Source of the DNA: Geosiphon pyriformis uo1
Lineage: Eukaryota; Fungi; Glomeromycota
DNA length: 64,000 nucleotides
Direction of reading: 5' to 3'
Assembly: GCA_016748015.1 (NCBI GenBank)
Contig: JAAOMT010000727.1
Span: 34,203 to 98,202 of the forward strand
How positions within the stretch are numbered: the stretch's first letter is position 1; every line of letters starts with the position of its first letter. The translations under genes and the position numbers were made by a program. The notes under the pieces were generated by a model. The model was given only the letters and a program-made list of their open reading frames with translations. It had not been told where the DNA came from and did not search any database. Positions 1 through 11,995 of this stretch are shown here, piece after piece.

Positions 1-442
1 AAAAATAAAAAAAAATATATTATTATTTAAAATATTAAGTTTACTTTTTTTGTTTTTTATAAATTTTTTTAATAATTTTATATTTTTAATATAAAATAAT
101 TAGAATAATTAAGCCAAAAAATAAATTAATACTATTTGTTTTTATATTTTTTTATTATTATTTTTTTCAAATAATTTTTTGTTTATATTTTTTTATAGCT
201 ATAATAAAAACTTTTATTTTTAAAATTACTAATATTGACAATAATATAATATATATTTTTTTATATATATTAATTGTAAATTTAATTTAATATAATATAA
301 TATTTATTTATTTTTTTTTTATTCAGTTAATGAGTGAGGTCCAAACACTACTTAGTACAATACATCATATAAGTAATCTAAACTAGGCGTGAATCATGCT
401 CTTTCTACACGTGACCAGTCACTCAGACTAATCAGAACAACA

Positions 443-3400
443 CTAGGCACCTATATGCACCGAGACCAAGTTACCTATACCTGAAAAGAATAAACTAGAT
501 CTACAAAACCCAAAACCAATACCAATTGCATCAGTGATACCCAATAATCTAACCACATTGGACGAGAATACTGAAGAAAGACCAGAAACCGAGACAGGAA
601 TAGAACCATTACATGGGATCAAGCCACTCTTCTTCATAACAGCTCTGTGTTTCGTATAAACCAGCCAAATATCATCACGGAATGCAAGACAAAAATCACA
701 CACAAATGCCATGATATTCTGAGCTGCCGTTTTAGAGTCCTTGAAAACAGAAAAAGATTCACAATACCACTCATTGAAAACAAAGCCCTTATATATAGCT
801 GCACCAACAACAGCATTGGAAGTACAAGCAGAAAGTGACTGCAAAACACATGAAGTCGAGTGAGATAAACCTGAGCATGTTTCCCAAACAGATGCATAAG
901 TGTTCATCAACCGGGCATGATCACCAGCATTAAATGGGCACAAAAACACATAATCTGAAATTTCAACATCACCACAGAACAAACACATCACACTGGGGTA
1001 CTCCTTATTGTAAAGACACTTTTGTACAGCAACAGGAAGACAATGATGCAATGCCTTCATAAAATACATTCGATAACCAGCAGTATGCGCACTAGTGAAA
1101 CCAGCGGCCAAATAAAAGTCCAGATGCCACACCGAACATAACCTGACCCAATCAACATCAGCACGTAGGCTGTCCACCAATACCTGAAAACCAGAACCGA
1201 CCTCCCAATGTGCACGGTGAATAGAGCAGAAAACATCACAAACAAAATGCCTAGAATTACCAGAAACCACAGTACTGCCAGTCTTGAGAAAATGTTCATT
1301 GATCCTGTGAGGAAGATGCACACCAGAAGATGCAACAGCCCTAGCCAAAGTGTCAGCACGCTCATTGCCCAAAACTCCAGAGTGACCTCTAACTTTAATT
1401 CAATCAACATCCAAATTTTTGCGACAAATAACATTAGAAATATGGTGGCATTCGACCCAACACCGATTCCTGAAATCTGAACACCCCAACATTAACTCTG
1501 ACCTGCATGCATCCAAAGTGGCCTGGCTGTCCGAAAACAGATTAACCGAATGAGAAAGAAGGACACACTCGAGAGCCAAAGCAATGGCCTACAGCTCCAT
1601 CATGGTAAAAGAAACCAAACCAGAAACTTCCACACCTAAACCCAAATCAATGTCCTCAAAAAAAACAGCAGCACCAGCCTCCATACCAAAAGTACCCAGC
1701 CCACACAAAGAACCATCCGTAAACACAGAAAGGCGATCGGAATCAACCTCCAACAAGCGATTGCAAACAACATCAAACTCACAAAACTCAAGTACGTCAG
1801 ACAAGTCAACATTCAGTGGCAAAAGAGAACAAATGGGAGATGACCCAGAACCAGACAAAAAGTGAACAGCAGCATTGAACCAATTAGGAATCAGGTCCCA
1901 AGAGTCCAGTCTCTTCCACCACTTGAAAGTCCTCCATTTGAAAACAGAACCAGTTCGATCGCGAAGCTGCTCAACAAAGGCAATTTCATATCGCCGAAGC
2001 AAAGAGACACATTTATAAAAAGCTAACTCGCCAAGAACAATAGACATTGGGGTCTCCTTTTGAAAACGAAAAACATTGGTCACGAGACCACCCAGAGAGA
2101 AGTCGCAACCCAAAAAAATCCGGACGACACCAGCCAAAAAATTATTTAAAGAACTGACATTAATACGAGAAGGGAAAAGCAGGGGGTGATGAGGGCACCA
2201 GCTGAGAACCTGTAAATCATGAGACCTATGCACGAACAGGTGGCCCAAAATATCTACAGAATTGGCAAAACAAACAACAGCAGCTAACTTGCTTTCAGTC
2301 TGGACCTGCTTAAAAGATTTCAACCCGTACAGAGAAGAATGATGAATAGCATCATTGGAAAAGTCAAGCGGCAAGCCAGATTTGGACTTCAAACCTTTAC
2401 GAATTATAGCGTCCCATTTCACACACACACTAATAGAAACAAAACTAAACTGAGTCCTATAGGCAATTATCGGGTGAAGAACCGCTGACACCAAATATGA
2501 GAACTGCTTATTAGAGATAGCCTTCCTCAGAACAAGGTTGGTAAAAAATCGGACATCCAAGCATGCCTTAACCAAGCTAGGCTTCGACAAACTCTCAGTA
2601 GACAGAAAGATACCCAGGTACCAATGAGACTCCCCTCTTTTGGCTATCAAAATAGGCAAACCACTGATCAACAAATGAGGACTGAAAACTCTGCAATTAA
2701 TGAGAATGGCCACCATTTTGTCATTATTGATCGAAATGTTATTGACTCAAAAAAACCCACTAGCAACATTGAGAATATGTTGGGTGATAGCCTGGCTGTT
2801 ACCAATCTAAATTGTATCGTCAACGAAAGCACCAGCAGTAAAGAAAGAAGTCAAACCAACCCGAAATTCAACACGACCAGTGTTGGCAACAAAACGAGAG
2901 TCTAATCTGTATCCACATACACTTTCTTGTCTCTTGACTTCACACAAAAGAGGATCATAAAATATGCGCCAGAAAAGAGGAGAAAACACCTCTTTTTGAT
3001 CCAAACCATCATGTACCCGATATCCATCAGTCAACCCAAAATCCGTCATAACTCTGTTGACCCGATCATTGTAGATGCTACCAAAAAACCGAATGAATTT
3101 ATTACACATTTTTATTCTGACCAAGCTCTTCCTTAGATGCTTCCAGCCAACCGAATCATAAGCCTTTTGCATATCCTGCAAGACCAGCCACAGCTCTTGG
3201 TTCTTTTTCAAAGCATCCTCAATGACCGATCCAATAGCAAAAATAGGAGACTGCATGGTCGTGCCTTTTAAAACAGAAAAATTATCCCCCCTTAGAACAT
3301 TAAAAACACTACAAGCCAATGAAATTCTGTCCGAAAACACTTTAGAAAAGATTTTGCAAGCCATCTCAACCAAAGCAATAGGATGAGTATTTGTGAAAAC

Positions 3401-5131
3401 CCCCTCCCACTCATATGGTTTGGGAATCATCGACACCCAAGCCTCTTTCCAAGGCCCAGGAACAGATTCACGCTCCAAGCAAACATTCAAAAACATTAAA
3501 AGCATATTCAAAACTGATTTGTCGCAATGTTTCCACAACTCATTTGAGATACCAGAGAGACCAGCTGCTTTCTCATCAGGCAGGTTCAAAACAACATTAA
3601 ACATCTTATCAAAATCAATTAGGCTCATTACACCAGAAAAAGCATCATCAAAAACATACTCTAAAGGCTAATATTGGCGATTCCAGACACCAGTAACATC
3701 AGAAACTACATTGCGCTTCCTAGTCCATCCCTCCATGACTGCATCTACTTTGGCCTTCACCAGAGTGGGCTCCAAAACCAACTCATCATCAACAACCAGA
3801 TGATCCAAAGTTACTTTGCGAAAAGAACATTCCAACACACTCCTAATAGTATGATCTTTGTCCAATTCGAAACTCTCCATCCTCTTATCTATCACTGATC
3901 TGATTTGAGATTCCCTAACTCACACTACTTCCAACATTTTGGATGCGCGATAAGACTTTTTGACCATAGACAAAACTGACCGAATAGCATTGAAGTGGGA
4001 ACCAGATAGGAAGAGAGACTTCACCATAGAAGCATTGACTGAATCCAAACCTTTCCACCTGTCGAACAAGGATGCAAACACCACAGTAGAATCCATATGA
4101 GATGCTCTAACTAACTTAGACACCAAGAGCTCAAGCTTGTGAAATTTGGACAAATCCTTGCTAAAAATTTTATCATATCTCTTGAACCACTTTTTCTTGA
4201 AAACTGCCTCAGCAGACAGACACATCACTTTATGGAGAGCAACCCATATCGAATTCAAGTCCGAGCAGATCTTGGTTGCAAGAAAATTGTCATGAAACAT
4301 AGCAGCATTTGCCGCTGTATCATCCTTAAATTTGGCCCATTTAACATCATTTACATCTTTGCAATCATACTTCCAGCAATCTCTATTTGCTTGCTTACAA
4401 ACAGAATTCAACTGAACATTGAGCAGACCACCTAAACTCACTAGCACTGAGACAGCCTGATGATCAGTGTCAAAGTATTCCCCAATGCCAAACACGTCGC
4501 GACCCACTACTACATTGACCAGATTTGAAGAAACGAACATAAAATCAATCATCTTAGCAATGTCCCGAGAATTAGACCAAGTCGGCAATTTCCCATGGGA
4601 GCTCCCACCCAAAGCATTAACCAGACCCAAATCCAGACATTTTTTAAAACTTGCACACTTGTGAGAACTGTCTTCATTGAAATCACCACCGAGAACAACG
4701 AAAGAAGATTCATTAACAGCTTTTGCAATGAGAGAGTTGACTTTACCAGCCTGAGAGAACCGAACTGCTGAGAAAACACCAGCGTACAAACTCAGAATAG
4801 ACACCGAAAGTTTATTTTTGAAAAGTAACTTAATGAACAAAAGTTGACCAGGCAACTCTGACACTTTGCACACATGTTTCACTAAAGAAGAGTTCATGAC
4901 AATTGCAACACCAGCACCCAGATATCCAGATTCCAAACTAGAGGTAAACACCTGCACATTATCATATTTGTTGACAATCCATGGGCAAATTTTCCCTTTT
5001 AACTTTGATTCCATAAAAATAGAAACTAAATTGTTCTTCTCCATATGCTAACGAATGACATCATCCTGTTTCACAAGATTGTTCATACCTCTGATGTTGC
5101 AAGTAGCAATATTCCAAACCAGACTGTCCAT
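443..5131 (-). pseudogene. LINE ORF2: APE endonuclease - reverse transcriptase - RNase H - C-terminal Zn finger (internal stops)
   Basis: APE motifs GGDFN, TWSN, IDFMF, TDH; RT motifs KAAGLSGI, QDMQKAYDSV, AFVDDT, YLG; RNase H VFTDGS...MEL...GNERAD; CLFCGDVEISDYVFLC. Confidence 0.92.
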
Positions 5132-6940
5132 TAAGAAGAAAAAGAATTTGAACCCGCCCCAAAACTGTCCACTTTGGCTGAAAGTCCCAGAACTGTTTCC
5201 ATTAGACACTTCATGCTGTCTTCCAACTTGGATACCAAAGATACATCAAAAGACACTGCTCCCGCAACAATCTCACCACTAGTGGCTGCACCTAAACCCT
5301 TACTCATCACTATATCCGCCCCTTGATTCTGTGATGAAGGGGTCACCAACAACTGACATCCAGGGCTCAGCTGGGAAACCATTGGCCCAAGTGCATCCAA
5401 CCTCTTAGCCAGCTTACCCACCTGCTCCACGAGGCTGGCGAGATTGCACTCAAAAGCAGCAAACCTATCATTGACTTCCATCAAAACTGGCAGGGACGGC
5501 ACCAACTCCGAAGAAGAACCAGATTTCACTAAAGCATTTCATCCAGAAAGAGGAGGAAAAGAAGACCCACTAGCAACTTTTGCCCAAGAGAGACCATTGA
5601 AAGAGACTGGACGAGCAACTGGAGCTGATTGCTTGGTGTAGATGGCTGCCAATCTGCTTTTATCTGTGTCTGACAGGACTCTATGCGAAGACAAACCTGA
5701 AGAAACTCTCCCACCAATCGCACAGCCCAATGACATATGACCTGATTTCCCACACTTGGCTGAAACAAAACAAGACCAGCGTAGATTGGTGCCTCTCAAC
5801 ACTGGCGTGGTTCCCACGATGGCCTTCAATAATTCAGCAGAATCAAAACAGACAACAGCACACTTAGCCCTAGCATACGTAACTGGATGACGATCAATAA
5901 CACATGTCTTCCCACCCACAGAACCAATAAAATCCCAGATGTCATAAGCAGTCGTACCCATTGGCAGAGTATAGAGCAGCACCCTATGCTGGTCCCTCGT
6001 GTCCCATGATTTTTTGTCCAAATCTGATCTAGCTACCTGCACAGCATTCTTCCCGATTAAGATTGACCACTCTGCCACAACCAAATCGGCATGTTCTGAT
6101 TGCTCAAATTCTATCACAGCCTTCTGCCACAGCCCCACCAATTGCATCTTGATCGACTTAATTATTCCAAACTCAGAGAGTGCAGCACGCACAGCCTCAG
6201 CTGATGTTCTAACTGGAATTTCTTTCAACACCACAGCTCGATCTGAGCAACCAGCTGATCTCTTAAGATTGGTGTTTATCATAACATTCGCACCAGTAGC
6301 CTTTTCAGTGTCTTTCATTAGACCTAATTCGGAAGTGAATGTCGCTTTGATGATCCCTGAAAATTTTGAGAGAGTAGATGCCCCCCCAAAATCATTGATA
6401 CCAGAAAATAATTTCCTCACCACTACAAGCTTTTCCTGAGAAGATTTGCCAGCCACTTTATCCAAGCCAATATCCAATGTGAAAGACTTCCTGACTGGAA
6501 CATTAACCAAATTTTTCATAGGAGGAGGGAGCTCAAGAAGAGCATCCGAGAGAACACCATCATCACTACCATCTTTTGAGAAGTCAATCTTTCCCAATGG
6601 CTTGCCCAATGCCTTTTTGGTTTTGACCTTCGAACTCGTGAGTGTCTGATCATAATCTCCACCAGTCAGAGCTCCACCTTCACCATAATCAAAGCTGGTT
6701 TCCTCCACCTTCACCATAATCAAAGCTGGTTTCCTCTACCAGACACTCCTCTTTTATATCAACACTTTCAGACTCAGTAGTGTCCCCAGTCTCCAAACCC
6801 CATAAACAACCACCAGGAACTTCAGCAGCAACCCCTTTATTATCAACACCCTCTGCCAACGCACCTTCCTTCCTCTTTTTCCTTGATGCAACCGCCTTAA
6901 AACCACTCTCAGAACCAGAAACTTTAGCAGTTTTTTTCAT
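5131..6940 (-). pseudogene. LINE ORF1 (RRM-like regions, CCHC-type knuckle, coiled coil), frameshifted
   Basis: VLKEIPV...LSEFG...WQKAVIEFE and LLYTLPMGTTAYDIW segments; KCGKSGHMSLGC; collinear with ORF1 of copies 2 and 3. Confidence 0.85.
6672..6733. repeat. Perfect 31-bp tandem duplication inside ORF1
   Basis: CTCCACCTTCACCATAATCAAAGCTGGTTTC x2 followed by CTCTACC. Confidence 0.95.
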
Positions 6941-8299
6941 AACAGCAATAACAGAGCCAACAGTGGCCTTGTAATTGAAGAATGGTTTTGATTTATCGTA
7001 CTGAATGGTAAAAAACTTCTTTCGAAAAAACTTTTGACTCTTTTTTGGGAATTTTGGATGAAAAAGAGAAAGAAGTTTTTTAATATTTATTAAATTTTAA
7101 ATAATTAAAAATAATTAAAACATAATTATTATAATTAATAAATTAAAATAAAATTTTGATTTATTTTTAATAGTAAAATCAATTTTTATTATTGATTTTT
7201 TAATGTATTAATTTTATATTAAAACATTTAGCAAATTTTTTTGCATTAATAACTGCTGACTTTTTATCAAAATAAGCTTTTTTTATTTTATTTAATATAA
7301 ATAGTATTTAAGACTAATAATTTATTAATTAAATTTTTTTGTAAAGTCAATAGAATTTTTTTAATTAAAAAAAAACATTAAGTTTAAAATTCACTTAATA
7401 GTATTATCAAAAATTTAAATTTTTTATAAGTATTTATTAAAGTTTTTAAAATAATTTACCAAATTTAAAAATATATTTTGAACAGAAAAAAACAAAACTT
7501 TATTCTTATTAGCAATCAATTTAATTAAATAATTTTTTGTTGACTAATTTGTTTAATTAAATAGTAAAAACAATTAATATAATTTTTAATATTTATTTTA
7601 AAATCTTAAACAAGTAATATTTTTAAATATATTTTTAAAAAAGGCTAAATATAATTATAAAAATATTTTTGTCTTTTATACTTTATTAAAAGACACTAGT
7701 ATAAAAAATAACAAGATTTTGATTTTTGCTTTTTAAAACTTTGAATTACCAATTTTTAAAAGTCTGAATTTCTAAAAAAATTATTTAATTTTAATTATAT
7801 TAGATTTGGTTTTGCTAAACAAAAAATGCTAAAACTTTTATAAACTAAATAATTATTTTTAATAAGTTTTCAAATTACTTATAATATTAAAATATTAAAA
7901 ACTAACTTTATTATTATAATATTATGCTTTATTTATTCTAATAATATTAGACTTTTTTATAACTTTAATTATATAATTCATAAAATTTACAGTTATTTTG
8001 TAATATATCTTCTTAATTAATCTAAAATTGTTATTATATTAAAATTTAATATGTTTAAATATTATAATATTTAATTTAATACATTTATAATAGCTGCAAA
8101 TTATTAAATATAAATAAATCAAATAATAATAATATTATTATTTTGTTTTTTATATTATCAAAAAATTTTTTTAAATGTTTTTTATCTTTATTCAATTTTA
8201 TAAAATATTATGTTTAATATGCTATTAAATTTTTTTTTATCAAAAATATAATTAGTTTATTTATATATTGTCTTAATTAAATATTAAATAAATATACTT

Positions 8300-9330
8300 T
8301 ACATAAGCTAAAATAATAAATTTTATTTATATCTCAATTATAGCTATAATAAACTATAATATTAATGCTATAATAATTAGCTTTATCTTTTATCATAAAA
8401 TATTTATCTATTAATTTTTTTATTATTTTGCTAATTTTATATTTTTGTTATAATTATTTCTTCAATTTAACTTTAATCAGATGTTTTTTATATTTTATTA
8501 GTAAATTTTTGCTTTTTTTTCTTGTAGTCATTGTATTATAATTTTTATCAAAAATGTAAACATGTATTACATAATTCATTTTGGACTTATAATTTGAATA
8601 TAAAGCATTAGTTGATGTTATAGCTTGTGAAATATATAATATTTTTTCAATTTTAACATGCTATTGCTTTTGTGAACTGCAATAAAATCATAATAAATAA
8701 AATTTATAACTTTTTTTAGCTGAAAAAAGTATAAGTAATCAAGTATTTGGTTAAAATTTCTACCAGGACTTGGTAATTTAGGTATTTTAACATAATTTTT
8801 GAAAAGATTTTTCATATAGCAACAATTTATCAATAATTATCTTGGTTTTTTATTATGGTATTCATTTTATGTTACTATAAATGTATGGTATTATGCTATT
8901 TGTTGTTAAATAATTTCTGATATTTTCTAAATAAGTGTAATCAATTCTCAACATATTGATATATGTTTTTTGACAAAGCAGTATATTGTGATTTCAGTAG
9001 TAAAATATTTGCTTATTAGTATGTATTTTTTTTTTAACACATTGGCTGGCACTTATTTTTTCACTATTTTTTGCTTTGAACTGGCATTAAAAATATATCT
9101 TGTTTAGATTTAGAGAGAACTTGAAATACCTCACATAATTTGGCAAACTTTTCTTTTAGAATTCTTTTTGAGCAACCACAATTACAACCTAAATCTAAGA
9201 AACATATTGCTATTTCATATTTGGTAAAAAATGTTATAATTAGAACTTTTTATATATGGGTAATCCTATATATAAATTTTATTACTTTTTCTTTTTTGTA
9301 ATTACAATAATGAATATGCAAGCAATAAAG
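8300..9330 (-). pseudogene. Highly eroded DNA-transposon transposase (Sola-like, N-terminal half recognisable)
   Basis: Manual translation: GCNCGCSKRILKEKFAKLCEVFQVLSKSKQDIFLM...LCQKTYINML...LPSPGRNF...FHKL*HQL...LCNTC; family assignment from recalled motif resemblance only. Confidence 0.5.
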
Positions 9331-9499
9331 AACTGCTTTAAAGTAATATATATATATACTTATAATTTTATATCCTTTCATGGTTTATGCATGTAATTAA
9401 ATTAGTTTCTACAAACTGAAAGTGACTTAATTTTTGAGTTACACTAATAGCTGTCTGGAAATATACAGTATCTACAACTTATATTGCCTTTGTTGCTTT

Positions 9500-11995
9500 C
9501 TTCTGGAGATACCTCTCGGCTTTTTCAATGGCTTGTATGATGTCTGTTTCAAGCTTTTGTTGATTAGGAATAAGTTTTTGGTCTATTGAATCAAAAGAAA
9601 CTGGTATCAAAGAACTTCCAGTTTCTATGGTTTCACAATGAACACTAGTTTTCACTCTGGGAGTTGTCGACTGGCTGGTCGACTGAGATCACAAACTTAT
9701 AGCAGGCTCTTCTGACATATACACCAATGGTTGCATCTGCTGAAACAGGAAATGCTTTTTTTCATTTGTTTGACAATCAACAGAATCCTTCCAAGCCACT
9801 AGCAATTATTGAGCAGTGTTCAGCAACTGATTTTTGCTATTATTTTCCTGCAAAAAATCATATGCAGTGAGACCAAACAATCTGACTGCAAACTAATAAC
9901 AATGTCTGTATGCAAGCTCATCACTGTAGTTCACTTCGCTATCTTCAGAATTAGACTCGTATTTCTGTTTCTATAGCAAACTCCCAGAAAATTCTTTATT
10001 TTTTTTATGCCTTTGAATCTCCACTATCTTTGCTTCAGTGGTTCCAGTAATTGTACCAACTTGAGGGAAGTAATATTTCTTATCTACACCTGCCAAGTTA
10101 GTACTGAATTGCATGTATAGCAATAAGAAAGACAAGGTGGGTAATTGTTCAATTCCGACATTTGATGAATAATTTATGCTTGTTGTATTGTTGAAGTAGT
10201 TAATATCTTTGCTCTTTTGATAGTTCTTTACGGAGACCAGAACATATGAAATATTGTCCAACATCATAAGGTCATGAATCCTAATGTCCATTACCAAAAA
10301 AATAATCAAGTCTGTCTCTTGTTGATTTTACTTGCAGACAAAAGCAGTACTGTGCTTAAGTGCTTCAAGAATATGTTCAGGAGGCAGTGTATAAGTAATC
10401 ACAATGAAATGGTTAAATTGAATATATGCTTTTAACAACTTTTTCTTAATATCATCTTCATTTATCTTATAAATCACATCACAGTAAACATTATACTTAA
10501 AAAAATATCTCAGGTAGTGTACCAGTAGCATAGAACAAGAAAACCAATTCGAACTCTCTATGCTATTTAATAACTGCAATGCACCACAAGCACGGTTCTA
10601 TGCATGCAACAAAATAAGGCATGCAACCACTTCTTCTTAGTATCCTCTCTCAACCAGTCCTTCCTTCATTATGTTTATGAAAGGATTCAGAACTCTTACC
10701 AACCCAACTCCTTCAAACTCACTAGTGATTTGTGCTGAAGCTTCTGCAAGTGTTGCTTCTGATACGCATCCTGTCATAATTGTGGTTCAAGTGTCATTGA
10801 TATAGAAACAAAGACGCATGTAGCTTAAAGTAAATGTTGAGGCCAATTTGCTTTGAGGAACAATGTTCAGACAAAGATGAGAACCAAGAATTGCAAGGCA
10901 CTCCAGATTATTGATCCATTCTCCATTCTTCTTGCTTCTTGTAAATGATATAACAGCGGCTGGTCTGAGACAGTCAGATCTATGCAAAGCCATCCATAAT
11001 GGTCTTCTGAATTTAAAAAAGTGCTGTAATAGAGCTGATTCAGCCAAGGTTTGCAGCAAGTTTATGGCAGAAAGATTGACAAACGCGATTTCAGTGAATA
11101 GAGGAAACAGTTTGCATTCTTTTTTTTGTAGACGAAATAAACTGAAATTATAGATCTTGGAAGTAGTGTCCAAGAAAACACAAAACACTCCTCTATTATT
11201 ACTGTTTACAGGAAGTGTTCTCATGGCATATTGCAAACACTCGAAGTTGCTCCAAGTCTGTTCATTCTCTTCATTTAGGATCCTTGCTTCATCAAAAACA
11301 AACAAAAATTGTGATTTAACTTTATAACTATTGATTATCCAGGATCTTTCCAAGCATGTTCTCATTGACTTTCAGTATTTAAACACAACCATTTTTAATT
11401 CTGTAAAATATGTGGGGTCATTTGCATTCGCATTCAAAGATGGAAGCTGCACAATAATTTCTCTCATTTTTACTTCCACTGCAAACCAAAAAACCATTGA
11501 TGATTTTTTGGAAATTTGTTTTTGGATCCAGTGTTTTGCCAATCTTTCAGCAATCATTTCATAAAAAAAGAACTGGATGCACTCAAATATTGCACAAAAA
11601 TACGTAACATATATTTTGACCATGTTGGCATTTTGTCCGGTTCCATCATTAAGCTTTCTCTGTCCAGTCAAGATATTGGCAATTGGATAATGAAATGATC
11701 CACCACTGTTTTTTTTGTGAAGGCAAACATACGAAATGAGTAAAATTTTTCCAATCTCTACCATCAGTCAAGACTTTCCAAAGCCAGAAGCTTGTATTAG
11801 GTCACAGTACAGTAAGTCATACTCTGTCAAATCACACTCCATCATGTTTTTGTCAACATGTTGGCAGAACACTTTGGCAACGCCATAAGGATCGTAGTAC
11901 TCCGAGTCCAAAAAAGCTATCTCCACAGCAGTGTACTCTCTATAACCAAACCAATAACCCAAATTTGTATTTAAAAGATATAAGATTAACACCAA
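9500..11995 (-). pseudogene. Crinkler-type P-loop NTPase + PD-(D/E)xK nuclease (NTPase-REase) gene, decayed
   Basis: Walker A-like QASGFGKS, Walker B FLFVFDEAR, FLDTTSKI, and C-terminal AFVCK*NQQETDLII...YVLVSVKN nuclease-like motif; several stops and frameshifts. Confidence 0.7.

Larger units (their letters stand above)
309..7080 (-). mobile_element. Full-length non-LTR retrotransposon (LINE with RNase H), copy 1
   Basis: ORF1 + ORF2, ~120-nt 3' UTR, A-rich tail at ~309-321, 5' end shared with copies 2 and 3, candidate 11-bp TSD TAATATTTATT at 298-308 and 7081-7091. Confidence 0.93.

Noticed and set aside
390-440. Hammerhead ribozyme, SECIS or tRNA-like element in the LINE 3' UTR
   Set aside because: There is no intact CUGANGA core with matching stems and no cloverleaf; the A/B-box resemblance is weak
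647-6974. Numerous + strand ORFs overlapping LINE copy 1 (and the equivalent antisense ORFs in other elements)
   Set aside because: They are shadow frames of the TE coding strand with no motifs
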